This document shows positions 40,535 to 54,275 of a stretch of DNA of 64,000 bases, piece after piece. The notes under the pieces are model-generated. The model saw only the letters and a program-made list of their open reading frames with translations. It was not told the DNA's origin and ran no database searches. The first letter of the stretch is position 1; each line of letters begins with the position of its first letter. The stretch spans positions 2,108,001 to 2,172,000 of the forward strand of contig JBHGNT010000006.1 of the NCBI GenBank assembly GCA_043228905.1. Direction: 5' to 3'. Origin of the DNA: Azolla caroliniana (Eukaryota > Plantae > Polypodiophyta). The position numbers were made by a program, and so were the translations under genes.

Positions 40535-40990
40535 CTGCTTTCAGGATAGGTAGCTATAACCAAATATTTTGCTTTGAATTCTTGTTGGGGTTATGTATTT
40601 GTGAACGGATTTCCGATGAAATTTATTTGATGTGCTCCAATTCCGCTGTAGATAAAGTTTGGCACATGGAACTAGGTGGGGTTCTATCTTTCAGAATAGG
40701 TAGCTGTAAGGAGATATTTTTACTTTGAGCTCTTGTTGGATATTTATGAACAACTTTCTGATGAAGTTGATTTGATGTGAACCAATTCAGCTGTAGATAA
40801 AGTTTGGCACATGGAACTCCAGAATAGGTAGCCCTAACAGGATATTTTGCTTTTAGCGCTTGTTGGGTTATGTGTTTAGGAACAGCTTTCGGAGGAAGTC
40901 ATTTGATTCATGGAATTTGGTGGAGTTCAATCTTTCGGAAAAGGTAGCTATAAATGGATATTTTGCTGAGAGCTCTTGTTGGGATATCAA
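40535..40990. repeat. About 3.5-4 diverged tandem copies (116-150 bp) directly after the HYL1-like stop codon
   Basis: GGTAGC anchors at 40549, 40699, 40827 and 40943, each followed by ATATTTT.CT and CTTGTTGG. GCTGTAGATAAAGTTTGGCACATGGAACT occurs twice exactly (about 40645 and 40790). Confidence 0.9.
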
Positions 40991-41736
40991 CTGAATTGTT
41001 CCACAACACTGCCTATACCTTAATCTTAGTTCATTGATTGAGGCTTCTTCGGGGAAGTCCAATCAAAGTCAAGTTTCTTGTGTTTTCCAGACTCCTAAAA
41101 GCATAGGTTTATTTAAGAGAATCAACTTTTTCGTTGTGGCTATTTTGGGACAATTTTAAAAGTGCATTCTTCTGTCATCACGTTAAGATTGAGCTGATTT
41201 CAAAAGGGATATCTCTTTAATTCTTAATATCAGGACACCTAATAAATTAACAAACAGATATAGTAGGTCTTCAGTAGAAATATATAGTTTAGGGCCAAGG
41301 TTTGTGCCATTCCCCCAAACACCACTACAGCTACTTTAAAATCTGAATTTGATGAAATAATCATAAAACCCTTAACCCTGAACTGTGTATTTCCAAGGGT
41401 TTAAATGTTTTTAAAAGAAGGGCAATGTAATTTGCCCAACTATATAATTCATGGTTATTTTCAATTTATGTATGTACTATGGTACAAAATTTGATATCTT
41501 CCATAAAGCTGCCTACAACTATGTGTTAAGATCACTTCTAAGTTGTTAGAATATGTGATAACAAGCATTTTGTGGAGTACAAGCATTTCCTCTCAAACTC
41601 AGGATTTTCTATTGTTTGAAATTCTTGTCATGCAAAACTACTTTGAAAGCACTCATCCATGTTCGTTAGCACAAATAGTGAATAAAATTGCAACCAACAT
41701 TTACTGAAATTGATTGCTCAATTAAGTTTCTTAATG

Positions 41737-42200
41737 ACTTCATGTTGTTGAGAGCCAATCATTCGTCTTCATCTAGCACATCCTATGCTTGTTTACTCTT
41801 TTTCTTTATGATTTCATTTAGTCTCAAAAGTAGCTTAATAGAACCTTAATGGTTGGGTTGACTTCATGTGTTGAAAACCAATCATTGGTATCCATCTAGT
41901 ACATCGAATATTTATGTACTCTTTCCCTTTTCAATTTCAATTAGTCTTAAAAATAACTTTAGAGAGAACCTCAATGATTGGTGAATGTTTATTAACCATA
42001 CTTACTCAAAAATTCCTTTCAAGGATATGTAAAATTGGGGGACACATATGTTTGCTAATTGGAAAAACAAGCAACGATTGCAAATGATTGATTTTTTAGA
42101 GAACTTGAGGGTTTGTTGGAATGTTTATCAAGTTATTCAAAAACTCCTTTCAAGGATTGATGAATACATATATTTTGCTATTTATTAATAGGAAAAAGAA
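41737..42200. repeat. Two adjacent old tandem duplications (~123 bp x2 and ~135 bp x2)
   Basis: GACTTCATG..GTTGA.A.CCAATCATT at about 41737 and 41860. AATGTTTAT...TCAAAAA.TCCTTTCAAGGAT at about 41984 and 42120. Confidence 0.75.
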
Positions 42201-43205
42201 GCAATAAAAGAGACAAACTTGGCTAAGAATCTATTACCAAAACTTTTGCGTGTGTGTTTACCAAAAGTGGATTTCATTTTATTTGTTGGTTCCATAACTT
42301 GGTCTCATGTTCCTTACAATGGCTTATATGTATGTAAATATGAACTTTCTCTCCTTTCTTAGAAGTGGGGTTCTTTATGGTGGAACTCCCACAAAACCCT
42401 AATCCGTGGAAGTATGAGGTGACAACCTCCCAGTTAGTGCACGGCTAAATTTCAGAAAACCCTCTTAAGGCAACACCTTATATAAAGCTATGCTTCAGGT
42501 GTTAAGCCCATAGAGGTGTTCACACATAAAAGAATGAAGAAGGCCACATATAAATAGCTAGTAAGAGCAAAATTCCCTCGAATTGTTTTGAGTGCTAGAC
42601 ATCAAGAAATGGGTAAAAAGTTGCAACATGAATTTGTTAGGCTAGCTTTGAAATGTCACAGTAGTTATATTGAGGCGCAAAGGATGAAAAACATTGTCAT
42701 GCACATATTTAATATGAAGTGGGTTTGGCGGATTGAGATGTTTAGAGAGAAGGAAGTATTTTGCTTCAAATAATGCACTACACGAGTAGAGTAGCCTTCA
42801 ATGTGCATACATATGTGAATTACATTTGGTCAATGGGACAGAACGGAAGTGTTGATGGCCGGCTGAGACGTGTTTGAGATGGCCGGAAGAGAAGTGTTCA
42901 TTCATTCACGATGGCCGCCATGAACAACGTTTGAGACAGAGACAAAGGCCATGTTTCCAATCTCTTCTATTGTGAACTAAAACAAAATCGCCCACCAGAA
43001 ACAGAGACAGAGACAGAGACAGAAACAGAGAAGGGTGCATGCATATGCTGCTATCTATATTGGGTCACAATCAAATAGCCCGCTTGTTAATGTTACTGTT
43101 ACCCTAATCCAAATCAGAAGGAGAAAACTTCAATCTCTGAACCCCTGCCTCCTAAACCTCAAGAGGAAGGAGGAGCAGCAGGAACAGGAACAGGGCAGGA
43201 GGGAT

Positions 43206-46200
43206 ATGTCTGTCATGGTCGAGGGCGACGCAGATGGAGGAGCCTCAGCGCTATCCTTCCTTAAGCAGACGGAACCTGTTGCATGGCTTGCGCCCCACCC
43301 CGACCTCTCCCTCCGCACAAAAGCAGCATCCCAGTTCCTATTCGCCCTCTCCTCCTCAACTGCCCCTGCTTCCCAGTGTCCAATCAAACACTTGCTCGTC
43401 CACAATTTCGACCCTGAGCAAATTTGGCAGCAGATCGATATGCAAGCCACACCTTTGCTTGCATCGGCCAGGCGCATCCTTAGGCGAATCGAGCGTGACA
43501 CCGACTCTGTCGTGCTCATTGACACTGCCAAGGCTACTTCCGAAATTGGTATGCATGAAGAGGAACTCGAGATAATTGAGAGGGAACGCAAGGAAGAAGG
43601 TGCTGAGATAAGCCAAATTGAATCAGTTGAGGAGGAAGAGGAGGAGGAAGAGGAGGAGGATGAGGAGAGCCATGAAGAAGAAGATGATGATGAATCTGGT
43701 TCTGGGGGGGATAATGCAGTTGAGGATGAGTTCTTCAAGCTCAAAGACATGAAGAAATTTTTGGATGAAGCTGAAGCCGTTGATGATGGACCAGGGAATG
43801 ATGATGATGATGAGGAAGAGGATGAAGAGGAAGGCGAATACATAGATGTAAGGATATACTACCCCTTTTAAGGATATACTCATTGCACTATACTCGAACC
43901 ATGTTGAAGGCCTCTGGTTTCAGCTTTCCTGTGCTCAACTGCTTGGAATGAATCATTTTGACTGACACAAGAACATATGCATAGAAACACATTATGCATG
44001 TATATTAGGGAATGTGATCCATCTTACATCCTTCTATCATGAAGGAAGAAGGAGCCAGGGGTTAACTTTGACTTAATATATGACTGCTGTGCACCAAATT
44101 GCAGCTACTTGGTAGAAATGCGTGCTTATTGTCATGTCTTGGTTGTAATGACTTTGGCCAACCCCTGGGTATCTTATTTGTACTTGCTAAATAAATCAAA
44201 TGATGCAGATGGATGATGGAGAAGAGCTCTTAGAAGACAACAGTGAGGTTGAGCTTGAAGAAGGATTGAAGTATGTTTGATGCGATGTTTTTCATTTATC
44301 TTCTTGATTTTTTTTTGCTTGTATTGTGCAATGAATTTAACCTAAAAGGCTTGCCTCTCTAGGTATAACGCTTTCTTCAAGGACAAATCAAAAACAAAAA
44401 AGTCTGACGCTGTAGATGAGGTCCCAACCTGATGTTAAATCAACTTATGAAGTTCTTATTGCGGATTTCCATTGCTAAATGTTACTCTGAAACTCTTGGC
44501 AGACTCTGACTACACATGAAAAACAAGTTGCCAAGGTCAGAAAACGAATTGAGCAATTAGAGAAAGCTAATATTGAATCGGATGTATGGACTATGCGAGG
44601 AGAGGTAATGTTTACCTCTGATGAAATTGAACTTAAAATGTTTAGATGTTTCATGACGTAGAACATTCATACATTTTATGTATTTCATTTGTATAGGTTT
44701 CAGCACCTAAAAGACCTAAAAACAGTGCTTTAGAGGTGGAACTTGATTTTGAACACAATGTTCGACCCCCTCCAGTCATAACAGAGGAAGCAACTGCATC
44801 TCTAGAAGATTTGATCCGGAAACGCATTGCTGAGGTATAGCCTTCCTATTGTTTCTCGGTAACCTTTAATACCTCATTTCTTTAATATTTTGTAGACAAT
44901 GGGTTACTGATTACTCAATGATGTCTGTCTGCCCTTGCAGCATAATTTTGATGATGTGCAACGAAACCCTTCCCTCTCAACTTCTACCTCCAAAGAAGTG
45001 GTTGAGTTGGTATGCCTCATCTTTTATGTCCAACAGAGAGTTTTCTCGTTCTATCAGTAAATGGCTATTTTTTTTGCAGGATGAAACAAAGAGTAAGAAG
45101 GGGCTTGCAGAAATTTACGAGGTATAATTTTTTTGATGTATAATCATTTGACTTTTTGTTTGCTGAATGCCGAGCAGTTAATTTGTTAGAATTTGATAGA
45201 GTTAAACAAGGAATATTTTCCTTTGTCTCTGATGTGGTGCTTTATGAGGGAGATAAATTATAATACTTATTAAGTTAGTAACGGAGTGGCATCCTATTTT
45301 CTCTGTGGTATAGGTTTCCTTTAGTTCTATAGGAAGAGCATATACAAGCTTCACATATGCTTTTTGACCATATTTGCTACTTGTCCCATTGGGATGTAGA
45401 ATTAGGGGAACGTTGTGTTTGCCATTGTACATTTTTTAAATAAATTGGGAGCAGATACTAGAATGCTTTTATAAAGGATTTGGCCACTTATGCATGGTAA
45501 TGAAATATAAAGGCAAACAATGATTGGGACTGTTATCACGAGAAATCAAAAACCGCAAAGAGACTTTGTCGAGTTTTGTCTGTCCATCTCATGTTAAAAG
45601 TAAATCAAGGGCTATGCCAATAGGTTGTCAGTTAGAATGTCTGAAAGGGGTTCATTACAGTAAATCAGGTGATAGCAATTTGTTATGGCCCCACCCCCCT
45701 TGTTATTGAAAATCAAGGCTATTATCACGAGACACTGAAGGTACTACCCCCACTCCAGAGACCTTTCTATCTTTGATTATTTAGCTAATGAGATTATTTG
45801 GTACCTTATGCAGTTTGACTAATTTAGTTATATTTACTGTGGAAATATCTTTCTTTCTTTCTCCCACTTTCTAAATTATGCTTAGAATCAACACTTCAGG
45901 GGATTCAACCTGAATTAACAGTCTCAAAGTTCCAATTGGTCTACAGATGAAACGAAGAGAGTTTGAAATTTGCAGACATTCTCAATTAATTCTCTAAAAA
46001 CAAATTGATCATTCTTGGGTCTCTATCATTGATTGTAGCTTCCTGAATGCCTCCAGTCTTGGGTCTGATTCACCTCAACCTTCTGACTGAAACATTTAGT
46101 GTTGGAAGTGAGGCATTTCAAGGAGAAATATTCCAAGGTTATGTTTGTCTTCTTTTATCAAGGAAAATGTTCCACGTTAATATTTTCCTAGCCTTTAATG

Positions 46201-48727
46201 GAGTTCAAGATTGCTTTTACATCAGAAAAGAGATGCAACTCAGATACCTCAACTTGAAAATAATGTGAAAGAATTACTATTGGGCTTGTCAAGTCAGGAG
46301 CATGCTTGACTGCTATCTTGGATGCATAGAAACTTGGGAGCGTCCTCTTTAATTGCACATTGGATAAAGTTTCCCTTCGTTTTTAGCTGGTTCTAAAGTG
46401 ATTCCTCGTCCCGATGATTCAGGAAATTAATGTTACGGAAGTCTGACCTTACAGTCGCCATTATGAGAACTCCTTTGCTAGAAGTTACTAGCATTAAGTT
46501 TCAGGATAATGAGAAATCCCCAGAAGTTGTTATGAAGTGAAATGGCCTCTTCAAGACTATTAGACCTACCAGAGATATGGCTGAACTTGATGTAGTTAAC
46601 AGAAGACAAAATGTAGGTTTGCAAGGTGTTTCAGGCTTGGGCCTTTCCAAAAGCACTGTAAGTAAAGTTTTAATTTTCTAGTGATGATTTTCCTATAGAT
46701 TTTTATTGCTGCCCCAGACTTTGCTCATAACCATGCCTACAGCTCTCTCTTTCTCTCTATCCATCCATAGGCCATTTTTGGCCTTGGAGGATGACCATAA
46801 AATCTATCTCTTGATGATATTTAGGCTTAGTTTTATACTGTAAATGTCAACGTACATGTATATAAAGCCTGGGCTATTCACTACTTTTGATAGTTGAGGA
46901 TGCACAATGGATTTGTGTCACTAACCATGGATGTATGCAATCATACTCTTATACAAAGTGAACTTTAATTGCAAAATAGGAAATTTTTATTTTATTTTCT
47001 GATTGCTGATTAACTACCCAAGTATGCATTGCACATACTGTTCAGATAATGCCGTGATAATATACCTCCTCTATCACTTTCTAAAGTTAAGGCTGGTTTT
47101 CATATCTCAATTTTGTAGACCAATTACATGCAAACAACTGGGCTTGCTCCTGCACCAACCTCTCAAGCAGATGAAATAAGGAAAGAGGTTTGTATACCTA
47201 GTGTATTAGGATGGAATTTATACATTGAGATTAACATCACTTGTGAAATGTAAATATATGTGTACATCTCATGCTGACAGGCTACGCAGCTATTCAAAGC
47301 TTTATGCGTTAAGCTAGATGCACTCTCACACTTCCATTTTACCCCCAAACCGGTAGGATCCCAATTATAAACCTGTTTTATAATTGGCAACTTCGTCTAT
47401 ATGAAACTCTGATGTATTTTATATGTCATGCTCGAAGGTAATAGAAGATATGACTGTACGGCCTGATGTACCGGCTCTTGCCATGGAAGAGGTTTGCCAA
47501 TGATTTTTGGATGCAATGACTGAGTAAATACTTGCATGAATAATGTTTGTCTTTTCTTAATCTACCACAGATTGCTCCATTGCTGGTGTCAGACGCACAA
47601 CTACTTGCTCCTGAGGAAGTTTTCACTGGTGAAGGAGTTGTAAAGGCTGAAGCAGAGCTAAGTCGCGATGAAAGAAAAAGACGAAGGGCAAGAAAGAAAG
47701 AAAAAGCTAAATGTATGATATGTGGCCACATTTTATCTCTTAGAAGCAATATCTTGTACTTTCTGGGAATTTGAAACAAGAGTGCTTAATTCATTGCTGT
47801 TTATCATATTTGCTATAGCTATTAAAAGACGAACAGAATTGAACAAAAAGCCAGGACCAACAGTCGATAAATCTGGTGAAGTCAAAGGGTCTTTACAAGG
47901 AAGCAAAAAAACACAACGTTCTGATTTTGTAAAGTCTACAAAGGTTAGTTCAATTGCTCCACTATGTGTCTATAATGAAAAGCCGTATACTATGTCTAAT
48001 GTAGTTTTGTTCAAAATTTTGTAGCCTCTTAATTGAAAACTCTCCTGGTTAGATAATGAGGTCTCTTCACATACCTTTGATATGAAAATGTATGCTCTAT
48101 TATAAGTGCAAGCAAAGTCATGCATGATTTCCAAAAAAACAGCCCATATTGGTAATGATATGTAACATGCGCAATAATGTTGTTTTAGTTTGAAGCTTCT
48201 TAATGCTCGTGATGGGCTTTATAGAGTTGATTGCTGCTTGCTTCACGTTAGAGCTCTGCATCTTTATTTCACAAGATTGGTTATATTGAGACACAGTTAA
48301 CTCTTTGGGGAAATGGCCATCCCTGCTCTGTACACTTGAATGCAATAACTCTTTGAGCCACAAGGCATGTACATCCCGTGCTTGAATAAAGTTTGCTGAA
48401 GAGTCAACATTGATCAAGGCAGATGTTTATAGCTAACAGATGGAAAGGGGCCAGAGGCTAACATAATGAAAATCTGTGTACTCTTAGATATAAATTCAGA
48501 ATCCAAACTGTCTGGGTATCCGTCACTGATAATATACACGACCTTACTGAGTCTATGTATACCTTCTTTTCCTGCTGATTAAAGAAGTATTATTTTCTTG
48601 AATTGTATTCTGAGGTATTCCTGGATATGATAAATTTCAGGTGTTCGAGCAACTAGATGGAACAAGAAATGGGAAGAAACAGCTTGTTGAGGCTCAGGAT
48701 TTGCATGCTCCATTTCTTAAACTTTGA
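43206..48727 (+). CDS. MPP10: U3 snoRNP / SSU processome protein MPP10, about 553 aa, 13 coding exons
   Basis: Exons 43206-43847, 44209-44270, 44363-44420, 44503-44604, 44697-44834, 44941-45009, 45080-45121, 47119-47187, 47281-47352, 47438-47491, 47571-47712, 47819-47943 and 48641-48727 in frame. Motifs NFDPEQIWQQI, acidic tract, WTMRGEV, RPKNSALEVELDFEH, KLDALSHFHFTPKP, LLAPEEVF and terminal LKL. Confidence 0.95.
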
Positions 48728-49019
48728 GAGAAATTATGTCAGGATATTTGTGATTGAAAATTTTGGAAATGTTGTTTTTGTATATGATTGTTTATTACAA
48801 AATGTACATCTCATAAGAAGAGTGAGATCATTGATAAAAATGTTTTCCAGAGAGTAAAATCCTATAAGAGCTGTTCACTGCTTTAAGCAGTTTTCTTCCT
48901 CGATGGATGTGGATATCGTGGAAATTTGTAGATGGGCATTTGCTGAGAAGGATGTACCATCAAAATGGAGGTGCTACATAAAAAATTTGTTACATTGCAG
49001 TTCGCTGCACACATTTATC

Positions 49020-49320
49020 TCTTAACCACAGAAAATTGATGCCTTCTTAAACCCTAATCCTAAAACCTTAGATTTGTTTCTAAGCCTAAATTTTCCACTA
49101 ATCCTTAACCTTCGTATCTAAGCCAAACTCCAACCTTAAATATTTATTCATAACCCAAATCCTCAAAATGTATTATTAGCCCTAAGTATTCCCTTTAACC
49201 TCAGCTACAGCCTTAAAACATAGTTCCTCTATCTAATTGAAGAATTTTTCGCTTGAACCTAAATTTTGGTTTGCTATTCTAGATCTAACATTGTTTCCAA
49301 CTGTACCCCTAATCGTAACT
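49020..49320 (-). repeat. Degenerate telomere-like tract, inverted relative to and partly similar to 37135-37480
   Basis: AACCCTAA/AACCTTA-like motifs. The reverse complement of 49131-49174 resembles 37291-37333. Confidence 0.6.
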
Positions 49321-50689
49321 ACCTTCTCTGATGGGCATTGTAGAGCTGAAACTCCTGAAATAAAGCCTCGTTGAAGGAATGACAAAAGTTTTCGAGTTAA
49401 CTACTGCCCAAAACTGTGAAATAACAACCCAATTAATTTTAGCATTTGAACATGCCAGAAATCTTTGTCATGCATTCCACTCCATTTTTGTTGGGAAAAA
49501 AATCCCATTTGAAATGTGTTGATATTGTAAAGTTGTAGACAGCATCCAGCTCATCAAAGAAATGTTCCCTGGAATTTACACTGCTGTCTTGCAGAGAACA
49601 TGTACCACCATCATATATATCAAGTTATGTGAATGCTTATGTGCCAAAAAAAGCACACACCTGAGGAAGCACAATATTGGGATTTATGCCACCACTCCAT
49701 AAGCAATTACTTGGCCATTGAATTGCCTTGTGACATAAGAGAACCCCAAACCCAAACTTGTCTCATGTTCCTTATCAACCCCCTTTACAACAACCATTAG
49801 AGACTTGCCCTACACCCTCCACTTTCATCACCTCATACAATATTGAGAAGGCAATCCAATTCCCTCAACATGGATGGTTTTTCTGCCGCTCACATATGTC
49901 TTAAGTTCAATTGCCCTTGTCCTTGGATACATGTTCAATAAGATTTTGGTAGAGGGGCTTCTCAACACAAAAACCATCCATATGATTGTTAATCATATGT
50001 TCAAGGGGGCTTGCCAACTACAGAATTATCAAATTATCCTGATTAAGCACATGCTCAACAAACTTTGTGGAGTGGTGCTTAGAAAAAACTACTCTTGTTT
50101 TGAAGTTGACGGGATGCAACTCCAAGCCAAGCGGGATTTAAGAGAATCTTCTCTACTACCAATCATATTCTACATTATGTTCCTTGGTGGACCAATGAAA
50201 AGTGCAAATTCAATTGTTATATGGATGTCTTATAGATTCAATTATATGCAAATTTAATTATTATATGGATGCTTGGTAGCCTTTCATATTCTACGAAGGG
50301 AATGTTGCCTACATAGACTCTATACATCCAAAATTAAGTCTAAAATTATGTTGGCTATATATATATATATATATATATATATGAGCAAGTGTAGGGATGA
50401 GTTAGATATCCAAAAGCTTCCATGGGTAATCATGATCATATTTGGTGTGAAGTAAGGATCTGGATGCCCACGTTTTTGGCCTCTAAATCGATGAGGTGGT
50501 GGAATACATCATACATACATGGAGGTGGCAAGGGAATCAACAAATTACATACATGCATTCACATAGTCTTACTCTCTAAATCTTATATAAGTCTTGCAAT
50601 ATCATCTCAAAGTCCTAGAAGTTTTTTTTTTGAGAAAAAAAGGTCTTTGAATAAACTTAAGAAAGACCAAGTCGATGATCTTCCACATA

Positions 50690-51650
50690 CATCGATTTGT
50701 CAACAAGTTGTCTTCACTCTTTCACGAGGGCAAGTTGAAGTGGTGGATTCCTATGTATATCTTGGAGTCACAATACAAGCATGAATATGCACTTCTCTAT
50801 ATGACCCAATGAGCCAAAAGATTGACTCACTTAAGGATATGCAACCTAGCCATGCTAGATCAATAGTGCCATCGTACACAGTTCTAAGAGACTCATACCA
50901 TAGAATGGTTATTCGATGCCATAGTCACGCTTGCCCTCGTGTACGGTGCACATGTATGGGCTCCACACCTCCCCATGCATACATGGACACGCATAGAGTA
51001 TCCACTAATATAATTATGTTGTCATGGAAGGTAAATAACAAAGCATCCACCACCATGACATCATTGATGTTGAGTTAGCAACACTCTCCATGATGGTAGG
51101 AGCATTATTCCAAATAATGTGCCTCATTAATTGTATTCAAACCATCCCACCTCAAAGAATTACATGTAAGGCATTTGAAACATTGAACAAATGGCAACAA
51201 CAAAACAATTAGAAGGATCATGATACTCACAAGTGACAAAGTTGTTCAACAATAGTGCCCTCACTTGGATATCATACACCTTTCCTAAATGATGAAATGA
51301 ACAAGGTATTGCATCAAGATCATGTGAAGTTTATAACCAAAAGACTTGACTCACTTTGAGGGAGTCATTCCCCCCAAATATTGCATACCATAAAAATTAC
51401 TTCATGAACGTTTAGAGAATGATTCACAAAAAGCAATAAGCAAACCCAAGTTTCCTCCCACTAACCAGACATGTTATGCATTATTAGCACTTTGCATACC
51501 TAGACTTTAAAGATTCTGCAAATTATGAGAAGGTGAGATAAAAAACAAAGACATTTTGTTTAGAAGTGTCCAATTTTAAATGTTCTAGACAAACTTCATC
51601 ACCATCTAACAAATGATGGAAAAGGCTAACCCGAGGACAAATTGTTCAAA
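50690..51650 (+). mobile_element. Decayed LINE remnant (RT C-terminal part onward)
   Basis: FTLSRGQVEVVDSYVYLGVT (YLG motif) and, in another frame, LFDAIVTLALVYGAHVWAP, parallel to the 20040-20690 element. Confidence 0.7.
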
Positions 51651-53929
51651 CATTCCTCAAGCATCAAAAGTATAGGGAATCAACTCATTTATTAGCATGT
51701 GAAATGAAAGGACAAACATGTATCATTAATTTCTCCCATGACTCTTTATATCCATTAACAACATGCCGAGGAGTCACCATGAAGTGAGTAGAGGAATGTG
51801 GTTAACAAAGGAGATTGTGAATACAAAGATATAAGGCACGTGGGGTATACTATAACCAAATTATGGAGATTTTTGCTCGCCATGTTTGATTTGCGTGTGA
51901 ACTAAATGCGCTTGTTAAGCATCGTCCTATTGTTATTTCACCACACCAGCCAACCTTGAATACGAAGTCCAATTGCCACTATGCTAATACATATTGTATG
52001 CTTGTAAAACATCTAAAAAACCATTCCACCACATGAATTTAGATGATTTATATATATAAGGATAACCTTGAAAGCGTTGTGTATAAAAGTGCATATGCAT
52101 TTGACACAAATTTCTTCAAGTCAATTAAACAAAAATTGAACATGCTCCTATTTCTCGAGACCAGATAACTTGCCATTGAGGGTTGAGTAATGGATAAGAA
52201 TGTGGGATATATGCTTTGGATTCAAAAGCAAGAAATGTTCAGTTTAAGACTAGATAAGAATCATGCTTAAGACTTTTTTTTAGGTGGGGGGGGGGGGGGG
52301 GGTGAGGGGGACCTGAGATGGTGATACATGCCTCATGTTTGGAAATTTCCTGCTATTCAAACACTCAATCAATTAGAAATATCTCAATATGTGTCTCATA
52401 GAGATAGCTAGAATGACATAGGTATGTGTCCCACGTTCTTATTTGGCAAGGAGGACACGTTATGTCTTTGATCCTTGCTTTTCCTCCCGTGTTGAACCAC
52501 TGGAAGTATTTTCCTTTGAAGCTAAGAAATAGTAAGAATCAAGAAGTAAATATATTGCCAATGTAATTTAATTTTCTTACATCTTTGAGGTTGATTCAAG
52601 AATATTGTTTCTAAAGAAGGTGGATGGTATTGCTTCCAAAATATATATAATTTGTTAGAAAAGCTAGGTGCGTTATGTACATACAAATCTCCCCACTAAT
52701 AATCATTTGTTATGATTTGGTTCTACAATAACTATATAGAAATAAATTACTATGCATAGTTGTTCTCGAGGGGCTGTTGCATTGTAAGCACATAAGGTTC
52801 ACTCAATCGTGCATGAATTTTATCAACTTGATGTATCAATTTCATCATATCGGCCTCTGCAATCGTAACTAGTTGCTCAAGAAGGATTTTCACATTGTCT
52901 GTCAGACAATTGACTCTTTTTAGGATGTTCATGTTTATTCCCCTTTACAATAGCACGCAAAACTTTGGAATTTCTTAGAATCCTCTATCCTTAACCACAA
53001 CTCATTTGCTAATTTCTCAACAATGGCTTCACCCAAGCTTCATCTGGGCATGTATAGATCACCCATGTTCGGATTTTTGCGCAGCGGGAAATGCCTCAGT
53101 AAGAGTTGCTTTTGCTATGGCTCCGACACGGTCCCCTCCCCCCATAACGACGCCATCAAGTAAGAGTGTCTCATTTTTCAACAAGCACGTGACACGGTTA
53201 AAGATATGATTGTCATCCTACTCGAGTGTATTTAGCCTTGCAACATGGGCCCATGAACACGCTTGGGTTGGAGTACGAGCCAGCCATGTCACTTAAGACA
53301 CTGCCAAGGCTCATGTCGTGATTGGTATATGTTTCTTACGGGGGAGTGGGGAGGAAGATGGCATACACGAAAATCATATGGTATTTATATCTCGCACATG
53401 TATAGAACCGATAAAAAGTTAAATGTGGGTCGTCTGGGGATAAGGATATCTAATTTGGGGAAGGAAGGAGGGTTTTATGTATGTACATAGTAGTAGTGAT
53501 GTCATGGGAAAAGCTTGGTTGGATTAACAGAATCTAGTTCCGAATTTTATATACATATAGTATAAATAAATAAATACTAATTGATATACATAGAGTATAT
53601 GTATATATATAGTCTAAAATAAATAAATAAATAAATAATTGTATGTTAAATGGAAGTGGGATGCGTTATTTTTATTTTTTATTTTTTGTTGCTTCTTCTA
53701 CAGTATTTGTGAAGCAGTGGATTGGGATGATTATTTATTAATAAATAAAGAGTGAGTAATAAATAATATGGGTGGAAAAACATAGCTGCTGGCGATTGGA
53801 AGGACAACAAACGGACGTTATATATATAAATAAAAATAAAAATAAAAATAAAAATATATAGGTATAAATAAATATAAAAAATAGTATTTATTTTCATGAC
53901 TAAAAAGAAAGAAATCATTTTTTCAGGGG

Positions 53930-54028
53930 GAGGAGGAAAACGCGGCCGCGGAAGGCGCGCGCAGGCCACGTCAGCGAAGTCCCAGTGAAATGAAAGGGAA
54001 AGGGAAAGGAGAAGAAGCCAACGGCGAG

Positions 54029-54078
<50 letters not shown>

Positions 54079-54175
54079 CCGTTGAGAGCGGGCGTCCCCA
54101 CGCCACACGAACGCCGCCCGAAAACTCTAACTCTCTCTCTCTCTCTCTCTCTCCATCGCCACCGCCACCGCCACC
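53930..54175 (+). promoter_or_regulatory. GC-rich promoter/5'UTR-like sequence running into the gap
   Basis: CGCG boxes, ACGT element GCCACGTCAGC (about 53965-53975), (GA)n then (CT)n tracts, and (GCCACC)3 at the contig end. Confidence 0.5.
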
Positions 54176-54275
54176 NNNNNNNNNNNNNNNNNNNNNNNNN
54201 NNNNNNNNNNNNNNNNNNNNNNNNNNNNNNNNNNNNNNNNNNNNNNNNNNNNNNNNNNNNNNNNNNNNNNNNNNN
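54176..54275. other. Assembly gap (100 N, probably an unknown-size placeholder)
   Basis: Run of 100 n. Confidence 0.99.

Noticed and set aside
43130-43843. 237-aa Ser-rich antisense ORF
   Set aside because: It is the shadow of the GAG/GAA/GAT-rich acidic tract of MPP10 exon 1.
46680-46830. Intronic box C/D snoRNA in MPP10 (GTGATGA at 46681)
   Set aside because: I saw no suitably placed box D with a terminal stem and no rRNA guide sequence.
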